A stretch of 64,000 nt of DNA. Source: the human T2T-CHM13v2.0 reference genome, Homo sapiens. This document shows positions 43,281 through 60,119 of this stretch, piece after piece. The stretch is taken from the NCBI RefSeq assembly GCF_009914755.1, contig NC_060926.1, one strand, 5' to 3'. Position numbers and translations under genes: made by a program. The notes below the pieces were generated by a model, which saw nothing but the letters and a program-made list of their open reading frames with translations, made no database searches and was not told where the DNA came from. Position 1 is the stretch's first letter. The number at the start of each line of letters is the position of its first letter.

Positions 43281-46102
43281 AGACAAGGCTTGGAGCTTCA
43301 TTGCATTGGGAAAGATGAGACATACTTTAGCTATAATTACCAACAGAAGAGTTAAGATCAAAGGCTTTAGATTAAAAAAGGAGAGCACCTATTTCAATTT
43401 GAGATCCATGTCCTAATATTTGGACTTGGCTGCTTGGTGGGACATTGGATTAATTTTCTGTCATTGGAAATATTCAATTACTGCACAGGGTATTAGAGAA
43501 ACTTTGAGCTATGGAGATCTCTTCCAACATTCTTCTGATTCCTTGATCCTTCAAATGTTTGTCTCAGTACTATCAATGTGCTCTTCTATGTTTTAACATT
43601 AACTTCAACATTCATTTCTTCTTGTCCATGTGAGTTAGAAGATGCAAGAAAAGCTTGTCTAGAAAGAGAAAGGTTTAGAAAAACAATAGCATGTGTTGAA
43701 AATTGTTGAGGGAAGATAGTACCATCAGTTAGGAAGATGTCATCCCTGGAGCTGGCGTTACCAGTTAAAAGCTGTATTCTTCTCATAAGTTCATTGATCC
43801 TCTATCATAATCTCTCTACTGTATGTTTTTAAGTAGTGGCAAAGATGTGTTGGAGTGCATCATCCCACCTAAGTTTATTCAGGACTTCCACCCTGCAACC
43901 AATAACAAGCATTTTTAAAGCAGGTAGAGGGTTAAGGTGCAGCTGTGGCCACAGAACAGAGTGACAAATGACCTGTAAGATGACATATTGTGTTACCTAT
44001 TGTCTCATAAATATACAATTCCATGAGAGGATGATTTGATCAGCTTGGATGGTGAGCATTGCCTCTGGTTCCCCAAAAGTATTGTCAACACCTATGGTGT
44101 GGGTGTGATTGTCGCTTTGAGCACAGGAAAAAGTGGGATTTCTTTTTTTAAGCACTTGTGAGAGTGCCTATTTCATTCTTCTTATTTACCTAGTTCTTCA
44201 TAAGCTGACTTTGTGTTTGTCCTAATGTATTTAGATTGTCATTTTTGTTTTAATGCTTTTAAGAAGTTTATGAATTTTTTTTCTTTCTCGGGCTTTATTC
44301 CCGCAGACATCTTCTCATGTTCTTTGAATTTCTGAGTATTACTTCTTTTTCCCTAGCTGACAGAGGTCACGTTCTGTATTACTGTTAATAAAATATCAGG
44401 TCTGTAGGAAGCTATATTTTGAACTTTAATAAAAAATCACTATATTAAACTATGTTATTTTTAATGGCCAAGGTCCTTTAAAAACTTCCTGAAATTCACT
44501 CTTAACTCTGAAAAAAGGTGGAGGGGTGTGGGGGTTATTTGAAGAAACTGTAGGGCATCTGACATTCCAAGACTATTGGTTTAGGAAATATAACTCATTT
44601 ATTTTCTTTAAGAATTGTACCTAATTATTCAGTAAGGCTTACTTATGAAAACATTTGTTTGGTATTTAATTTTTAATGTATGGTTACACGCAGAAAAGCG
44701 TTCCTACCTAAAACCTTAGAGATTTTCCAACATTCTACCTGTTGGTTCTTACTTCAGTTTTGGAATTGGCAACAGTCTGGAAAGTATTTGTTATGAAAGG
44801 TGTAATGTTGATGGGATGAATAGAAGAAAGCTGGGTTTCTAGCAGAGTCTGTGAGAAATGGAATTTTGCAGCGTTTTGGAAGGAGCCTAATTGGTAATCA
44901 ATTTTCCATATGTGTTTGAGGTTGCTGGCTTTTCTAGCCCAGTTCTTTTTTTTTTCATTAATTGTATTATATCATAATCTACTACTGGAATAGAATGTAC
45001 CTTGCTTTACCTATTCACTTCATTCATTTCTTCATTTATTCAACATCTACTGTCACCCAGTGGGTCTAGACTACAAACTAGGACTACAAGATGAAGAAAA
45101 TTATGTCCCCTAACATCCAGGAACAAACTTTTGTTTGGATGCTGCAGAGTCCACAGGAGTATTGTTGAAGCTTTTGAAAATACATGTCTTTAACATGCTA
45201 GTGTCTCAAGTAAATAATTTAATTCATGCCAAGAATAAAATCACAGACAGGCTATGACCTTGGCTGTCCCTAACGGACCACCATTAATTCAGTGGACATT
45301 TTGATGGACATTTGTGGGCTCATTTGCCTTCTTTTGAAGCCCGTGGGTTTCCATGCAGTGTGGAGCTACCTCAGGTGCAGTTCACCAAGGACAAGCATGC
45401 AAACAAGAAATGCTTTTCCATTCCCACATGTCTTTAATGGACCTTCCCCTTTTTCTTACCCACACTTTTCTGCCCTTATAACTGAGAATGAAAGGTTTAA
45501 AATACTTTCCATAGTGAAATAGTTTCAAAGAATATATTATATAGTAAATAGAGTTAATGAACTGAGGGTAACAGTAATATCATTTCACAGAAGAGATCTA
45601 TCCTATTGCTGTTTAATTAAAATCTTTCTGCTGATGGAAAGTTCTCTCTCTGGTGTTTTCTTTAATGCATTCATGATGCATCTGTCTGGGCTCCCTTGCT
45701 AGAGATATCTTTCATTATAATCCACTTATCTAAGTTTGTAATTAAACTTCTAAATGTAAAATTTCCAGTGGTAAATTGCCAGGATACCCAGTGAACTTTA
45801 CTTCTTTCTCTGGGAGAAATTGCTCCTTGAAATTTTTGATTTTGTGTTTTGGCTACTTTATTATTTAGAAAGTATTTGTGTGTACACACACACATATGTG
45901 TGATATAGCAATAAAGACAAAGAGTGGCTTTTTATTTAGTATTATTAATTTCTGTCTGTTTCTGTGAAATTGGAGATAGATAATATGGACTGAATGAATG
46001 AATGGCTGTTTTTAAGATGGGAAGTGGTAAATGAAATATACTTCAAGACAATTGCCTTCAGGCTCTATTGGTCTGTTTAAAACATCTAGAAACACACCAC
46101 AC

Positions 46103-46107
46103 CACAC

Positions 46108-46144
<37 letters not shown>
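46103..46144. repeat. (CA)n(CG)4(CA)n compound microsatellite
   Basis: Direct reading. Confidence 0.9.
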
Positions 46145-47793
46145 TCCTTGAAGATGCAAGTTGAAATAATATAATTTGTTTTCCACTGGTCAAACATGTT
46201 CTTGCAAATTTTCTTGGAATTTATACAGGGAAAAAAGAATTTAAAAATGCCTTTTGCATTTCAACTTAATTTAGGATGTTTTCTTTCAAATAACACTCCA
46301 TTCTTGTGCAAGGAGGGATGATACAGGATAAAAGTAAATTCTATCAAATCTCCTGAATCTAATGGCAAATTACTAATGGTCAATGCCTAGACATAATAAA
46401 TAAAAACTTGTAAAGATAATGGAAGAGACTGCTAGAAAATTTTATAGGATTATAAACTTATTATTTTAATGTCAACTGTAGATACATTTTTCAATAAATT
46501 TCTTTGCAACAATAGATGCATAATTAATCAAGAGAATGCAAAGCTATATTTACAGTTTAACTGGATAATTCTTTTGACATTAAATATTTAGAATCTTACA
46601 TCGCAGCAAATGTTAATGAGTAATTAAGTATTTTTTTAATCTCAAAGTTCAACAGCATTTGAGAAGAGGATGTTTTCTTGTTCACACATTCCAGTTATCT
46701 TGAATTCTTATAAAGCTCCTTAGAGTAACCGTTAAATGTCAGCCTACATAAAATCTCTCTTTCTCGACAACATTCACATATATGTGTGTATGTGTGTGTG
46801 TAAATTTGGTGAAAAGAGGTTATCACATTCTTTCCTGTACCTTCAAGCAGAATGGACTACAGACTGACTTTCTCAGGTATCTATTTTATTTCTTAAAATA
46901 TCTACAGAAGGTAATTGTGTCAATTTTATTACTTTTTCTAGAAGGTAAGGTTTTCAAATGGAACGTATTTTCTTTTTATAATTAACCTAAACTCCTCCAA
47001 ACAACAGATTATATAGATTTTATTTTTTCTTTAGTGACTAGGTTATGTTTTTTGATATTATTTCTATTAAATGATTTAACTTCCTTTTTTTATAATTTGT
47101 AAAAAAAGTTCTCCACTTGAGTAGATTTAAAGTATAGGCAATTTAGAACTTCTTCTGTTCTGATCTTTAGGGGTGGTGGAGTGGGATATTCGTAATGTAT
47201 TTATAAAGTAGGTGGAATTTTAAAGCTATTTACCGTAGGGTTGCTTAACTTCTGAATTAACTTTACTAAGCACAAAACAGATAATTCAGAGACTCAAACC
47301 AAGAGACATTCCTAAAGTTATAAAATTTACCTTTTCCCTGTGCAAAACTTAATTTAAATGCTATTTAAGAGATAACCTACTGCTGTTCTCAATTTAAATA
47401 ATTTCCATTTGTCTGTAAACTAAATAAATTTTAGTAGCCATTAAAGTGAAAATGCCAAATACACATTTTAATCAATGATTTTCCACCTTAAATGCAAGGA
47501 TTTAGAACCTGACAACATCTTTTATTGAAGCACAGCAGTATTAATTAACGATAACAGTTGTTGTTGAATAATAATGTAAAACGGTCCTACCATAAGAAGT
47601 AAAAAAATCATACCTTATAGAAACCATTCTCTTTAAGTGAAGTTTGTTTTCTTTGATTCCATAATTTCATTCCTTTCCCACAAGAGTCATAATGCTTTGT
47701 GCTTGAGAGCCATTTTGTGCTTTAAAAATGTAAACAATAATTTGTTCATCTAAGACACTTGGAAATATGATTCTTTTAAAAATGAGTGTCAGC

Positions 47794-48092
47794 GGCTGGG
47801 CATGGTGGCTCACGCCTGTAATCCCAGCACTTTGGGAGGCCAAGGCGGAAAGATCATGAGGTCAGGAGTTTGAGCCTGGCATGGCCAATATGGTGAAACT
47901 CCATCTATACTAAAAATACAAAAATTAGCCAGGCATGGTGGCACGTGCCTGTAATCCAAGCTACTCAGGAGGCTGAGGCAGGAGAATCACTTGAAACTGG
48001 AAGGCAGATGTTGCAGTGAGCTGAGATCACACCACTGCACTCCGGGCTGGGCGAAAGAGCGAGACTCCGTCTCAAAAAAAAAAAAAAAAAAA
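47794..48092 (+). mobile_element. AluSg-like element
   Basis: Full dimer; TSD (a)agtgtcagc on both sides. Confidence 0.95.
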
Positions 48093-48369
48093 GTGTCAGC
48101 ATTTGTGCCTGTATTTTAGGTGGCAGCAGATAGTTCTGTGTGTTGGGTAAGATATCATTACCTGTGTGTTTGTATGTATGCATACCTTCCAAATGTTGGT
48201 ATTTTATGAATAATTTCTCAAAATGTTTTAAAATAGCCTAATTTTTCAGTAGTTGGATTTTTCTATCCATATTTCTCCCATCATATGCTAAAGCTTCTTC
48301 ACTGAAGTTATGGTCCAAGATTAAGAAAACTTCCTCGAAAAAATTATTTAAAAGTTGACTCAATAGTCC

Positions 48370-49640
48370 ATGGATCCATTGAGCAAATCTTTGTTGAATA
48401 TCTGTTTCCCAGGCAATATACTAGGAACTGGACATATAACACTGAACAAGATAAAGTACTTAGATAATACTAGAGGACAGGAACATAAACCAATATGCCA
48501 ATTTTAAGTACACTAAATTATCAGTTATTGAGCTGTTGTAAGTGTTACCAACAAACAACAAACTAAACATCTAGGGACAGAGTCATCTCAGTTGTGCTGA
48601 AGAGACGGGGGTCTGGGAAGGCCTTTGCTGCACAATGAAGTGAGGAAGCAGGTCACGTGAATAGGAAGGAATGGCAGTGCAAGGACGTTAAGAAGGTGCA
48701 TGCTTGAGGAACAAGAAAGAGGCCAGTGTGTCTGGGGCACAGGAGTGAATGGAGACTGGTGAGAAAGGAGGAAGGAGAAGAGGTAAAGTTCAACTAGCAG
48801 AGTCTTAGATTTTATCCTGTGATTGAAAGCCACTAGAGGATTTTGTAGAGGAAAGTATATTTTTTCCTTCCTAAAGATTACTCTGGATTTTCTGTGAGGA
48901 ATGCATAGAAGGAAAGCAAGAGTGGAAGCAGAAAAGCCAGGCAGGAGGCTGTTAGCAGCTCTGGGGAGAATTGGTGTCTTGCATTAGGAGGGGAGTGGCT
49001 TGATACTGGATAGATTGCAAAGGTGCTGTCAACTAGATTTGCAGATGGATTGATTTTTCGATGCGACAAAGAAGGATTTCAGGATGACTCCTGGGCTTCT
49101 GGTCTGGTGAAGTGTGACACTGTCGGGGAGATCCGGTCTGTGGGCTCTGTAGGGTAATCAAGCTCCATTTATTTTGTATGTTACATGTGTGTGCCCATCC
49201 AAATGCAGATGTTCAGTGGTAAGGTGTGAGTTCAGGGGCGAAGTCAGGTTGAAGATAGGGGAATAGATACAGAGAAGTAGAAATAATGAATTGTGGAGTT
49301 TATTATTCCACCATGGGACTAAGTCAGATCACCTGGAGAGTGAGCAAAGCTAGAGAAGAGGAGTCTGAGGACAGAGTCAGAGCCACACCAATCTAGAGGT
49401 TAAAATGAGAAAGACATACCAGAAATGGAGGCTGAAAATAAATAGCCCGAGAGAAATAAGACAAATTGAGGAGAGTTTGATGTCTCTGTCCCAAGGGAAG
49501 AAAGTGATGAAGAAAGAGGGAGTAGGGGAACATTTGGGCAACAACCAGAAATGTTAGGGGGTGATAAAGAGATGATCCCATGAGGTAATCAGAGAAGGTG
49601 ATTTTCCATGAAATGATGACAAGGCAGTTCTGAAATTATA
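48370..49640 (-). mobile_element. L2 LINE fragment
   Basis: ccattgagcaaatctttgttgaata...ttcaggatgactcctgggcttctggtctgg. Confidence 0.7.
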
Positions 49641-50521
49641 AGAATGTATCCATGATACCTTCAGAATCAGGTAGGGCCTGGCAACTGTGTAGAAAGAAGC
49701 CGCATAAGTAAGTTCTTACTTTGGACTCTGTATGAACAGATTCATTCTCATTGGGGAAGCTGAGGCAGCTTATCAGAGTAATTACTACTTTTCTTGGTAT
49801 AAGCTGTGTCAGAGCCCTCAGTGAGAACAAATCCACTTACAGAACTTCCTTCTATGCAATTGCCATCATAAATGAAGCACCCCTTTCTTCACTGAAATGA
49901 CACATGAAAAATGACAACAGATGCAATTACTCTACTTCTCATGTATTAATCCTGTTTCTATGAAGGTGAGTTTGTTTTATTCCCCATATTGGTTTCTCCT
50001 ATGTTCACGTTCAGCAGGATGTTAGAGGCACACTCATACAACATACATCAACATACATAGATGTTTATAAATAGACCTACTGTATTTAGTGACATAGATA
50101 CTGTGGGACTTACAGCTCATGTAGCAGAAGGCACACAAAAACATGGCTTAAAAACAAAGTGGTTTATTTGCTCACAAAACAGGAAGTCCAGAAGTTGACA
50201 ATTCAGACAGTGGCTGCAGCTCTGTGATGGTGTCTGAGCCTCAGGTTTCCTCTGTTCTCCATTCTGTCTTCCTTAGTAGGTGGCACATATCCCCATGGCT
50301 TCAAGCAGGCTCTGGCGACTCCAGGTGTTGCCTCTGTGATCTATGGGAAAGAGATAAATGGCGAAAGACCATACTTTTTTCGGGGGGGTGGGGGGGACTT
50401 TATATTTTTATTGGATAAGGGAACTCTCCATACCCTTGATACTTCTGCCTCCTAATCTTTGGCCAGAACTGAGTCACATGGCAGCCCTAGCTACATAAAA
50501 ATCTGAGAACGTGATCTTTTA

Positions 50522-50672
50522 TTTTTTCTTTTCTTTTCTCTTTTTCTTTTCTTTTCCTTTTCTTTTCTTCTTTCTCTTTCTTTTTCTTTCTTTCTTTCTT
50601 CCTTTTTCTTTCTTCTTTCTCTTTCTTTTCTTTCTTTCTTTTCTCTCTCTCCTCTCTCTTCTCTCTCCCTTC
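50522..50672. repeat. Polypyrimidine (CTTT/CT) low-complexity tract
   Basis: About 150 nt of only C and T. Confidence 0.9.
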
Positions 50673-50725
50673 ATTCCTTGACAAGTGGACACTTTAAAGA
50701 ATAGTAGTTTTAGAAGAAAAGGAGA

Positions 50726-51017
50726 TTGGGAGGCCAAGGCAGGTGGATCATGAGGTCAGGGGTTCAAGATCTACCTGGCCAAGATGATGAAACTCTGTCT
50801 TTACTGAAAATACAAAAAAAAAAAAAAAAAAAAAAAAAGCCAGGCATGGTGGCAGGCACCTGTAATCCCAGCTACTTGGATTTATAAAGTAGGGGGAATT
50901 TTAAAGCTATTTACCATAGGGTTGCATAACTGCTAAATTGCTTCAACCTGGGAGATAGTTTGCAGTGAGCCGAGATCGCGCCACTGCACTCCAGCCTGGG
51001 TGACAGAGCAAGACTCC

Positions 51018-51048
<31 letters not shown>
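50726..51048 (+). mobile_element. 5'-truncated AluS with expanded mid-A tract and a 60-bp non-Alu insert
   Basis: Starts ttgggaggccaagg; TSD agaagaaaaggaga 50712-50725 / agaagtaagggaga 51049-51062. Confidence 0.93.
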
Positions 51049-51052
<4 letters not shown>

Positions 51053-53110
51053 GTAAGGGAGAATATAGCAATGTTTGTCACAGATACCCGGATACCAAAT
51101 TATGTTTTTGAAGGTTTCAGAAAACCTATTTCAATCCCTCTTTTTATCTGTTATGTCCTGTGGCAAAAGTTTGTTAAGAGGTAGGAAACATATTTGTGAG
51201 GACTTTTTGCGAAATTTTCTGTGACTTCATTACATGACACCAAGCTATTGCAATTATAATATAGCAAACCAAAGACACATGTGATTGTATACTTTTATGG
51301 TATGCATTCCCATGCCACATTCTTACATTTCACACCGTTTAGGATTCTTCAGTTACCTGCAGAGTGTCATGCTGAGGTCTGCAGAGTGAGGTGCAGAGAG
51401 GAAGAGGCTGGTGGTTCAAAGGCCTGAACAAGTTACTAAACATCATGTCATTGCAAGGCCGGAGGTTGTTCTCTCATAAAATAGAGATGATAATACCTGT
51501 TTTTTCCTTCGCAGGGTCAGTGTGAATCTTTAATGGAGTTCTTGGTACAGAGTGCTTTTTAGCTCTTCAGAAATATGGCACAAAGTCACAAGATTGGAAA
51601 GTTGAAAAATCATCTTCCACTATTTTGCTGCAGGGCAGGATTGCATTCAAACTGTTCCTTAAATATTGCTGGAGTGGAGTTCTGACTTTTGAGAAAACAA
51701 TGACAATAGTAATAATGACAACCCTTTAGTGAGCTGTCAGTGTACACTGTCAGGCACTCATCTATACACTTTATATACATGCTTCTGTAGCATCCTTCAT
51801 TCCTAAGGGTTATCAATGACTGTCCTCCTCATTTTGTGGATGAGGAACCTCAGGCTCCAAGGTCGTGCACTGCCAGGGTTCACAAGGCATGATGTAAACA
51901 GAATGGGTTGTGGCGTCAAGACTGTTTTGTGACCCAGCTTGACACTTGTTTGCTGAGATGGCCTTGGAATATTGATTTAACACCCTTAGGGATCAATCTC
52001 TTTTGCATCTAAAAATAGGAATAATTGCTCATTGTGACGATTAAGTGAAATTATTTGATATAAATTGGCTTGTACAGATGCTAAGAGAACCTACATCAGG
52101 CTATAAAGGATCTACATTATCAGAGACATGAAAAAATGCTTGTGTTGATATTGAGTTACAACACTAGTCTCTCTTGCTTCAGTCAGTGGGAGATCATTGA
52201 GGTCACTTGGAAACAACCGACTATCTTTGGGACTTCAGGTTGTTGCTTGATGGACCATGCCTCAGTTTTCTTATCTCTAAAGTGGGGCATAATATGAATA
52301 ACTACTTTGCAGGGCTGTGGTGAGCATTAAATGAAGTGTTTAGGTCATTGTCTTGTATACAGCAACGTATGGTAAAGCCATTATGGAAGGTAAAGTGGGA
52401 TGCAGAATATTGCAGTCAGACAATAGCCCCGTTGATCGGCCATCTTTATTGAGCCATCTTCTCTGCACAGTTACCATGAGATGGCGCTATGGAGATGTAC
52501 ATAATCACAGTTTCCTTTTCTCCCACTCATTGCTGTTTCTTTAGGCTGAAAGCAAATTGAAACTATTTTTACTTTATTTTATTTTTTAAATGTTGCACCT
52601 TTTAAATATTTAAGGGCTTCAACGATAAGAATACATTTAAGGGAAAATGAAATGCGTATGAAGTGTGAGGCACTTTTTTTTATAGTCTCAATGGCCTTTC
52701 AATGATTAGAAAACTGAGGCTAAAAGGAGAAACTGTGTTTTTTATTTCTCTTAATATTCATCAGTTTAGAGCTAACCTTGCAAATACATTTTGGATGCTA
52801 AGATATATAGTAAAGAAGAAGATTTGGAAACTCAACGACCTTCATGATATAAATTATTCAAGCCATCGTGGGTAGCACATGTCTCCCACATAATGTATTT
52901 TTGTAATCATAGTCATAGCATTTTTTTTTTCATTTGTGTTTTACAAACAGAGGAGTGGAATCTCTAATTGTTTCTTGTCCTCTCATTTTGTTTATGGTGA
53001 ACTCTTGTGTAGCTTCCCAAGTTACAGATACAAAAATGACTCCCAATACTTTCCAAGAAATAATTTAATGGGAATTCCAGGCATTTCGGGAAGAGAGGCA
53101 ACGTGGTTCA

Positions 53111-53536
<426 letters not shown>

Positions 53537-54769
53537 TCATTGTGTAAGATCTGTATTCCAGATTGTTTTGGTCAAGATCAGTTTTTGGTTTCTTATTGGC
53601 ACTAGGCCTTGTTAGTGATAGCCAGATTATGGGGACCACAGGAGCCCCGTAGTTTCTCCAAGCCACTCTATCCGGATCTTCTGCTGTTGGGTCCTGGCTT
53701 GGGTAATCATAGAAGGCACCTTAAAGGAGTTAGGTCACTTTGCAGAGTTAATACAGTGTTCTAGACTGCTGAGGAAGCCTAAGAGAAAACCAAGGCTCAT
53801 AGCAAACTGTGCTAAGACAATGTTAATGTGGCTTTCTTTGGAATTAAAATTCAAAGATAGATGCAAAATTCAACATCTTTCCATATGACTCCTTGGCCAG
53901 TCATTCTGGCTCATGTGCTATCTCATTTGAACTCATAATCCTTTCAATCTCTTTTTAGCTTCCCACCTACAGCCATTTGGAGTAGAGAAGATATGCTTTT
54001 GGCCCTCCTTCTCTTTAGTTTTCATGGTAGTGATCTGAATATATTTTCAGATATGCTGAATGGCCGTGAGAATGGACAAAGTCATCTTGTATACCCTGGT
54101 GATTTTGTTTCATGAAAAAAAGTAGCCTCTGTGTAGAACTGGTCCTGCTAGCTATTACTTTATTAACTTTGGAAATAATAGCTTAGGAACAACCACTGCC
54201 AAACACAGTCATCATCTTTATCAAAAGCTCTCTGACATGGCATTGACTTTGATCTATCATTATATATAGAAGACCACTCATTTGCTTTCCCAGGAGTATA
54301 TTTTTAAACTAATTTGCTTTGTAGGATTCACCAGGAAGTTATATTGTTTTATGAGGGCAATATTTAGGTTTTTTTCAACTGCCTCAATGGCATATATAAT
54401 TGGCAATGATGTCTTCTGAAAAATGTCCAGACTAAAATCTTTGTATCAAATCTGTATTACGCAGAATTAACCACCCATTTGTGTGGTGTGGTGTGTATGT
54501 GTCTGAAGAATATAAGAGCCTGGCTTCAGTCCACCATTCCGTAGAAGTGGAGTGAATGTCTATTGAGACAAAAGACTTAGGCAGTCTTTAAATATCATGA
54601 TATAATTTCCAGTCCATTCTTTGTTGTGTTGCTTCTTAAAGCATGTGAACTTACATTATAAGTGTGAAATATCTATAATCTAGTGTATGTGCGTGTATGT
54701 GCATAAAAATGTCTCATCTATTGGGCCACAATTCATATCACAGACAGATGCCAGCTTACCTGGGAGCAT

Positions 54770-55254
54770 CAGGGCAGGAGCTGAGATTCCAGGGCTTCTA
54801 GCTGGAATGGGGAGCTCCTGCCTGTATGAACCCACAGCTGAAACTTGTACACTAAGCAGAGCAGGCACTGATGGGTAAACACATGTGTTTGTGGCTGCAG
54901 TCTGTCTCCTAACACGCTCTGGGGTCTCTGAGGCTCTTCTCCAGCTCTGCTGTAGCTGCAGTTCTGACTGTGGCACTGTCTCCTCTTCTGGAGAGGGAGA
55001 GGAAGGGAGCGTGCAGAGTATGCTCCCTGATGGTGATGTGTGCGTCTGTGAATCTTCACATGTGCAGGTGGGTTCCAGTGCGCCCGTATGTGCATAGAGC
55101 CTGGGCTGCTGTCCACTAGTTCCAGAAAAGGACTCTTGGTCAGAACAATTCAGGTTTTGTAATAGTATACTAACTTAAAAATATTTTTACTTGAGGAGGG
55201 GGACTACCTTTTTCAGCTTCACACAAAAATACCATGTAAGCTAGTAATTGCCTT
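54770..55254 (-). mobile_element. Arthur1-like (hAT-Tip100) DNA transposon fossil
   Basis: Reverse complement of the right end, aaggcaattactagcttacatggtatttttgtgtgaagctgaaaaaggt, resembles the recalled Arthur1 terminus; locally GC-richer. Confidence 0.45.
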
Positions 55255-55927
55255 AGAATAAACTATAATTTAGTAGCCATTTTGCCTAATTTTTAGCAAA
55301 AGCGCAGTTGTGACAAGTCATATTCTTGGATGTTTGCTCTAAGGAAATGTGGCCAATTCAGTTCTCTAGGCCAGAAGTTTTAGAATTGTGTCTAGTAACG
55401 CCGCAAAAGTTTCATGAAATCATCTAACAGGCCACTCTTGGAGAAAAAAACCATTCAAGCAACGGAGCTTTACCATCTTTCAGCTGGAGCACTCCACTTT
55501 TGTTCTTCTCAATATTGGTATGCAGTGTAGAAATTTGAAGAAAAGTTTTGGTTGCTTTTTACTTCTCATCCCTGGATTGAGGCAGGCTGTCAGAGAGCTG
55601 TGTACTGGAACTTCATTGCTTGACTCCTTGTAGAATAATTTTTACTGATTTGTACTTTGCTACCGTACCCTTGGAGTGTTCTAGGAATGCCACGAGACTC
55701 CACTACAGACAACTTGCTGTTTTATTTGATGAAGTAATGTGTTCAGCACATGGCCCAGCATACCACCTGTATTTATAAGGACTCCTGATATAAATCCCAA
55801 CAGTGCTTGGGAGCAGGGCAATGTCTTTTCCTGGGGGGAAAAAAAAGAAGGCAAAAACTGTGGGCAGGGTGGTATAATTTAATCCTATACACATGAGGAT
55901 CATAGACTGCAATAGCCATTTCTTTTC

Positions 55928-58264
<2,337 letters not shown>

Positions 58265-58539
58265 AGCTATTTCTTTTCCTTGGCCACTAGGAAGCTCATA
58301 GTCAGATTTGCCACCCACCTGTAGTAATTGTGTGGGTATATATTTAGGGGCAATAACTTCTACCCTTCAGATCCCCTTTTTACTGTTCAATCTTTTTACT
58401 CTCCAGTACCTATATCTTTTTATTTTTCATAATACATATATTGCGGTAAGTTATTTTAGATCTCCTTCACTCCACTACAGTTTTCTTATTATCTTTTGGA
58501 AAACTGTACATGGATATCTGGTAGCCTCATCAGACTTAA

Positions 58540-59320
58540 TCTATTCTATTCTAAAGTAAAGCATGTTCTCAAATGTGCCCCTCTTCCTGTTTCCTGTTTT
58601 TGATAAAGGGATCCCATCAGTTCAGGCATCTAAGTTTGCAGTCTTTCTGTCCTTTTTCATCATCTTCCTCTTATGTAGCACATCCAGTTGTTAACCAGAT
58701 CGTTTAAATCCAGAAGCAATTTCTATGACTTCTCAAGTCTCTCCTGATCCTTGATCTTTTCATTCACCAATACTTGCCTGGACTACTGTTTCACTAATTT
58801 TCTAACTGCCCTCAATTTCTCTACCATTGTCTACTAGTAATCCATTATGCACACTGATTCTAGTTATTTAAAAATCATTTGCTCTTCTATGATTCTTGTT
58901 ACTACTTACAGCATGAAGCCCAAATCCCTCATATGCCATTCACAGCTCTTTACAATTTGGCTCCCAACCTATGTTTTAAATCTCATCTTAGTCCATTCCT
59001 CCCTCTTGTTTGTGTCCTTCACAGCAACCACCAGCCTAATCACCAGTCCCCAAACACAAAACGCATTTCAACGCCTTGTTGTTTTCTCTGCCTGAGATGC
59101 CCTTCCCAACTCCTTCAAGTCCTAATGTTTCCCTAGTCTCTTCTCAAATATTATCTTGTGTGAGGCTTTCCTCTCTTTTTTGCACAGCACAGAGGAACTA
59201 GTTGCCTTGTCCTCAGTCTTTCCATCCCACTTTCTTAATACTACTGTTAGAGCATCCCTTGCCCTGCTTTGGACTTGTTGTGTATGCATATCTCTTTCTC
59301 CAAATCATGAGCTCCTCATG
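58540..59320 (+). mobile_element. L2 LINE fragment
   Basis: cttgcctggactactg...ctctgcctgagatgccctt...catgagctcctcatgg. Confidence 0.6.
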
Positions 59321-60119
59321 GACTTTGTCTGAGTAGAAGGGAGGGAATATACAAGGTATCTGCCAACTCTGCTTTTAAGAATAAAATATACCGACACAGG
59401 GACTGTGGAGTCCATAGAATTGATGAGGCCTTCAGTGGGTGAGGATTGAAAACTTGGCTAATTAACTGCTGACCTTCAAATGTTAATATTATAAAGACTA
59501 TCTTCATGGCAATAGAAAATTTGCAATACCATCATAATAAACGTTCTAGCAGTCAAAGTCAGTTTTTATCATTTCTGTACAGAAGAAACTTACTTGATTT
59601 TTTGTGCAGAAGAAACTTACCTGATGTTATTTCAGAGAAATAAAAGGTATACATTTAACATTTAACATAACATATATTTACTACTTTCTTTTAATAATGT
59701 GTACCATTAAAGCTTATTTTCTTACCAAAAGTATAAACATGAGTTAACCACCTCAGGCTTTTGTTTCTTTTCTTTTTAGAGCTACTATGGGAATCAAGTA
59801 ACTACTTTGGATCCTGTGAGAATCCATGATAATATTATCACGTTACATTGATCTTTTTTTACCAAAAGTATAAAATAAAAAGCAATTGGGGAAATAAGTA
59901 GTTTTATCATCCAGTGGTAGATTTCATTAATTAATACACTTCACTACAAAAAATAATACAAAACATGGTAAAAACAGAATGTGGATTTGCTTTTTGTAGC
60001 TTTTCCCACAGGGTTGATATTATATGTACTATCTTCATGCTAATGAAAAATTTGCAATACCATCATAATAAAGGTTCTAGCAGTCAAAATGAGTTGTTAT
60101 CTTTTCTTTACAGAAGAAA

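Larger units (their letters stand above)
50110..51082 (-). mobile_element. MLT1J/K-like LTR interrupted by a CT-rich tract and an Alu
   Basis: atggcttaaaaacaaag...tttatttgctcac...ggccagaactgagtcacatggc...tgtcaca. Confidence 0.6.
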
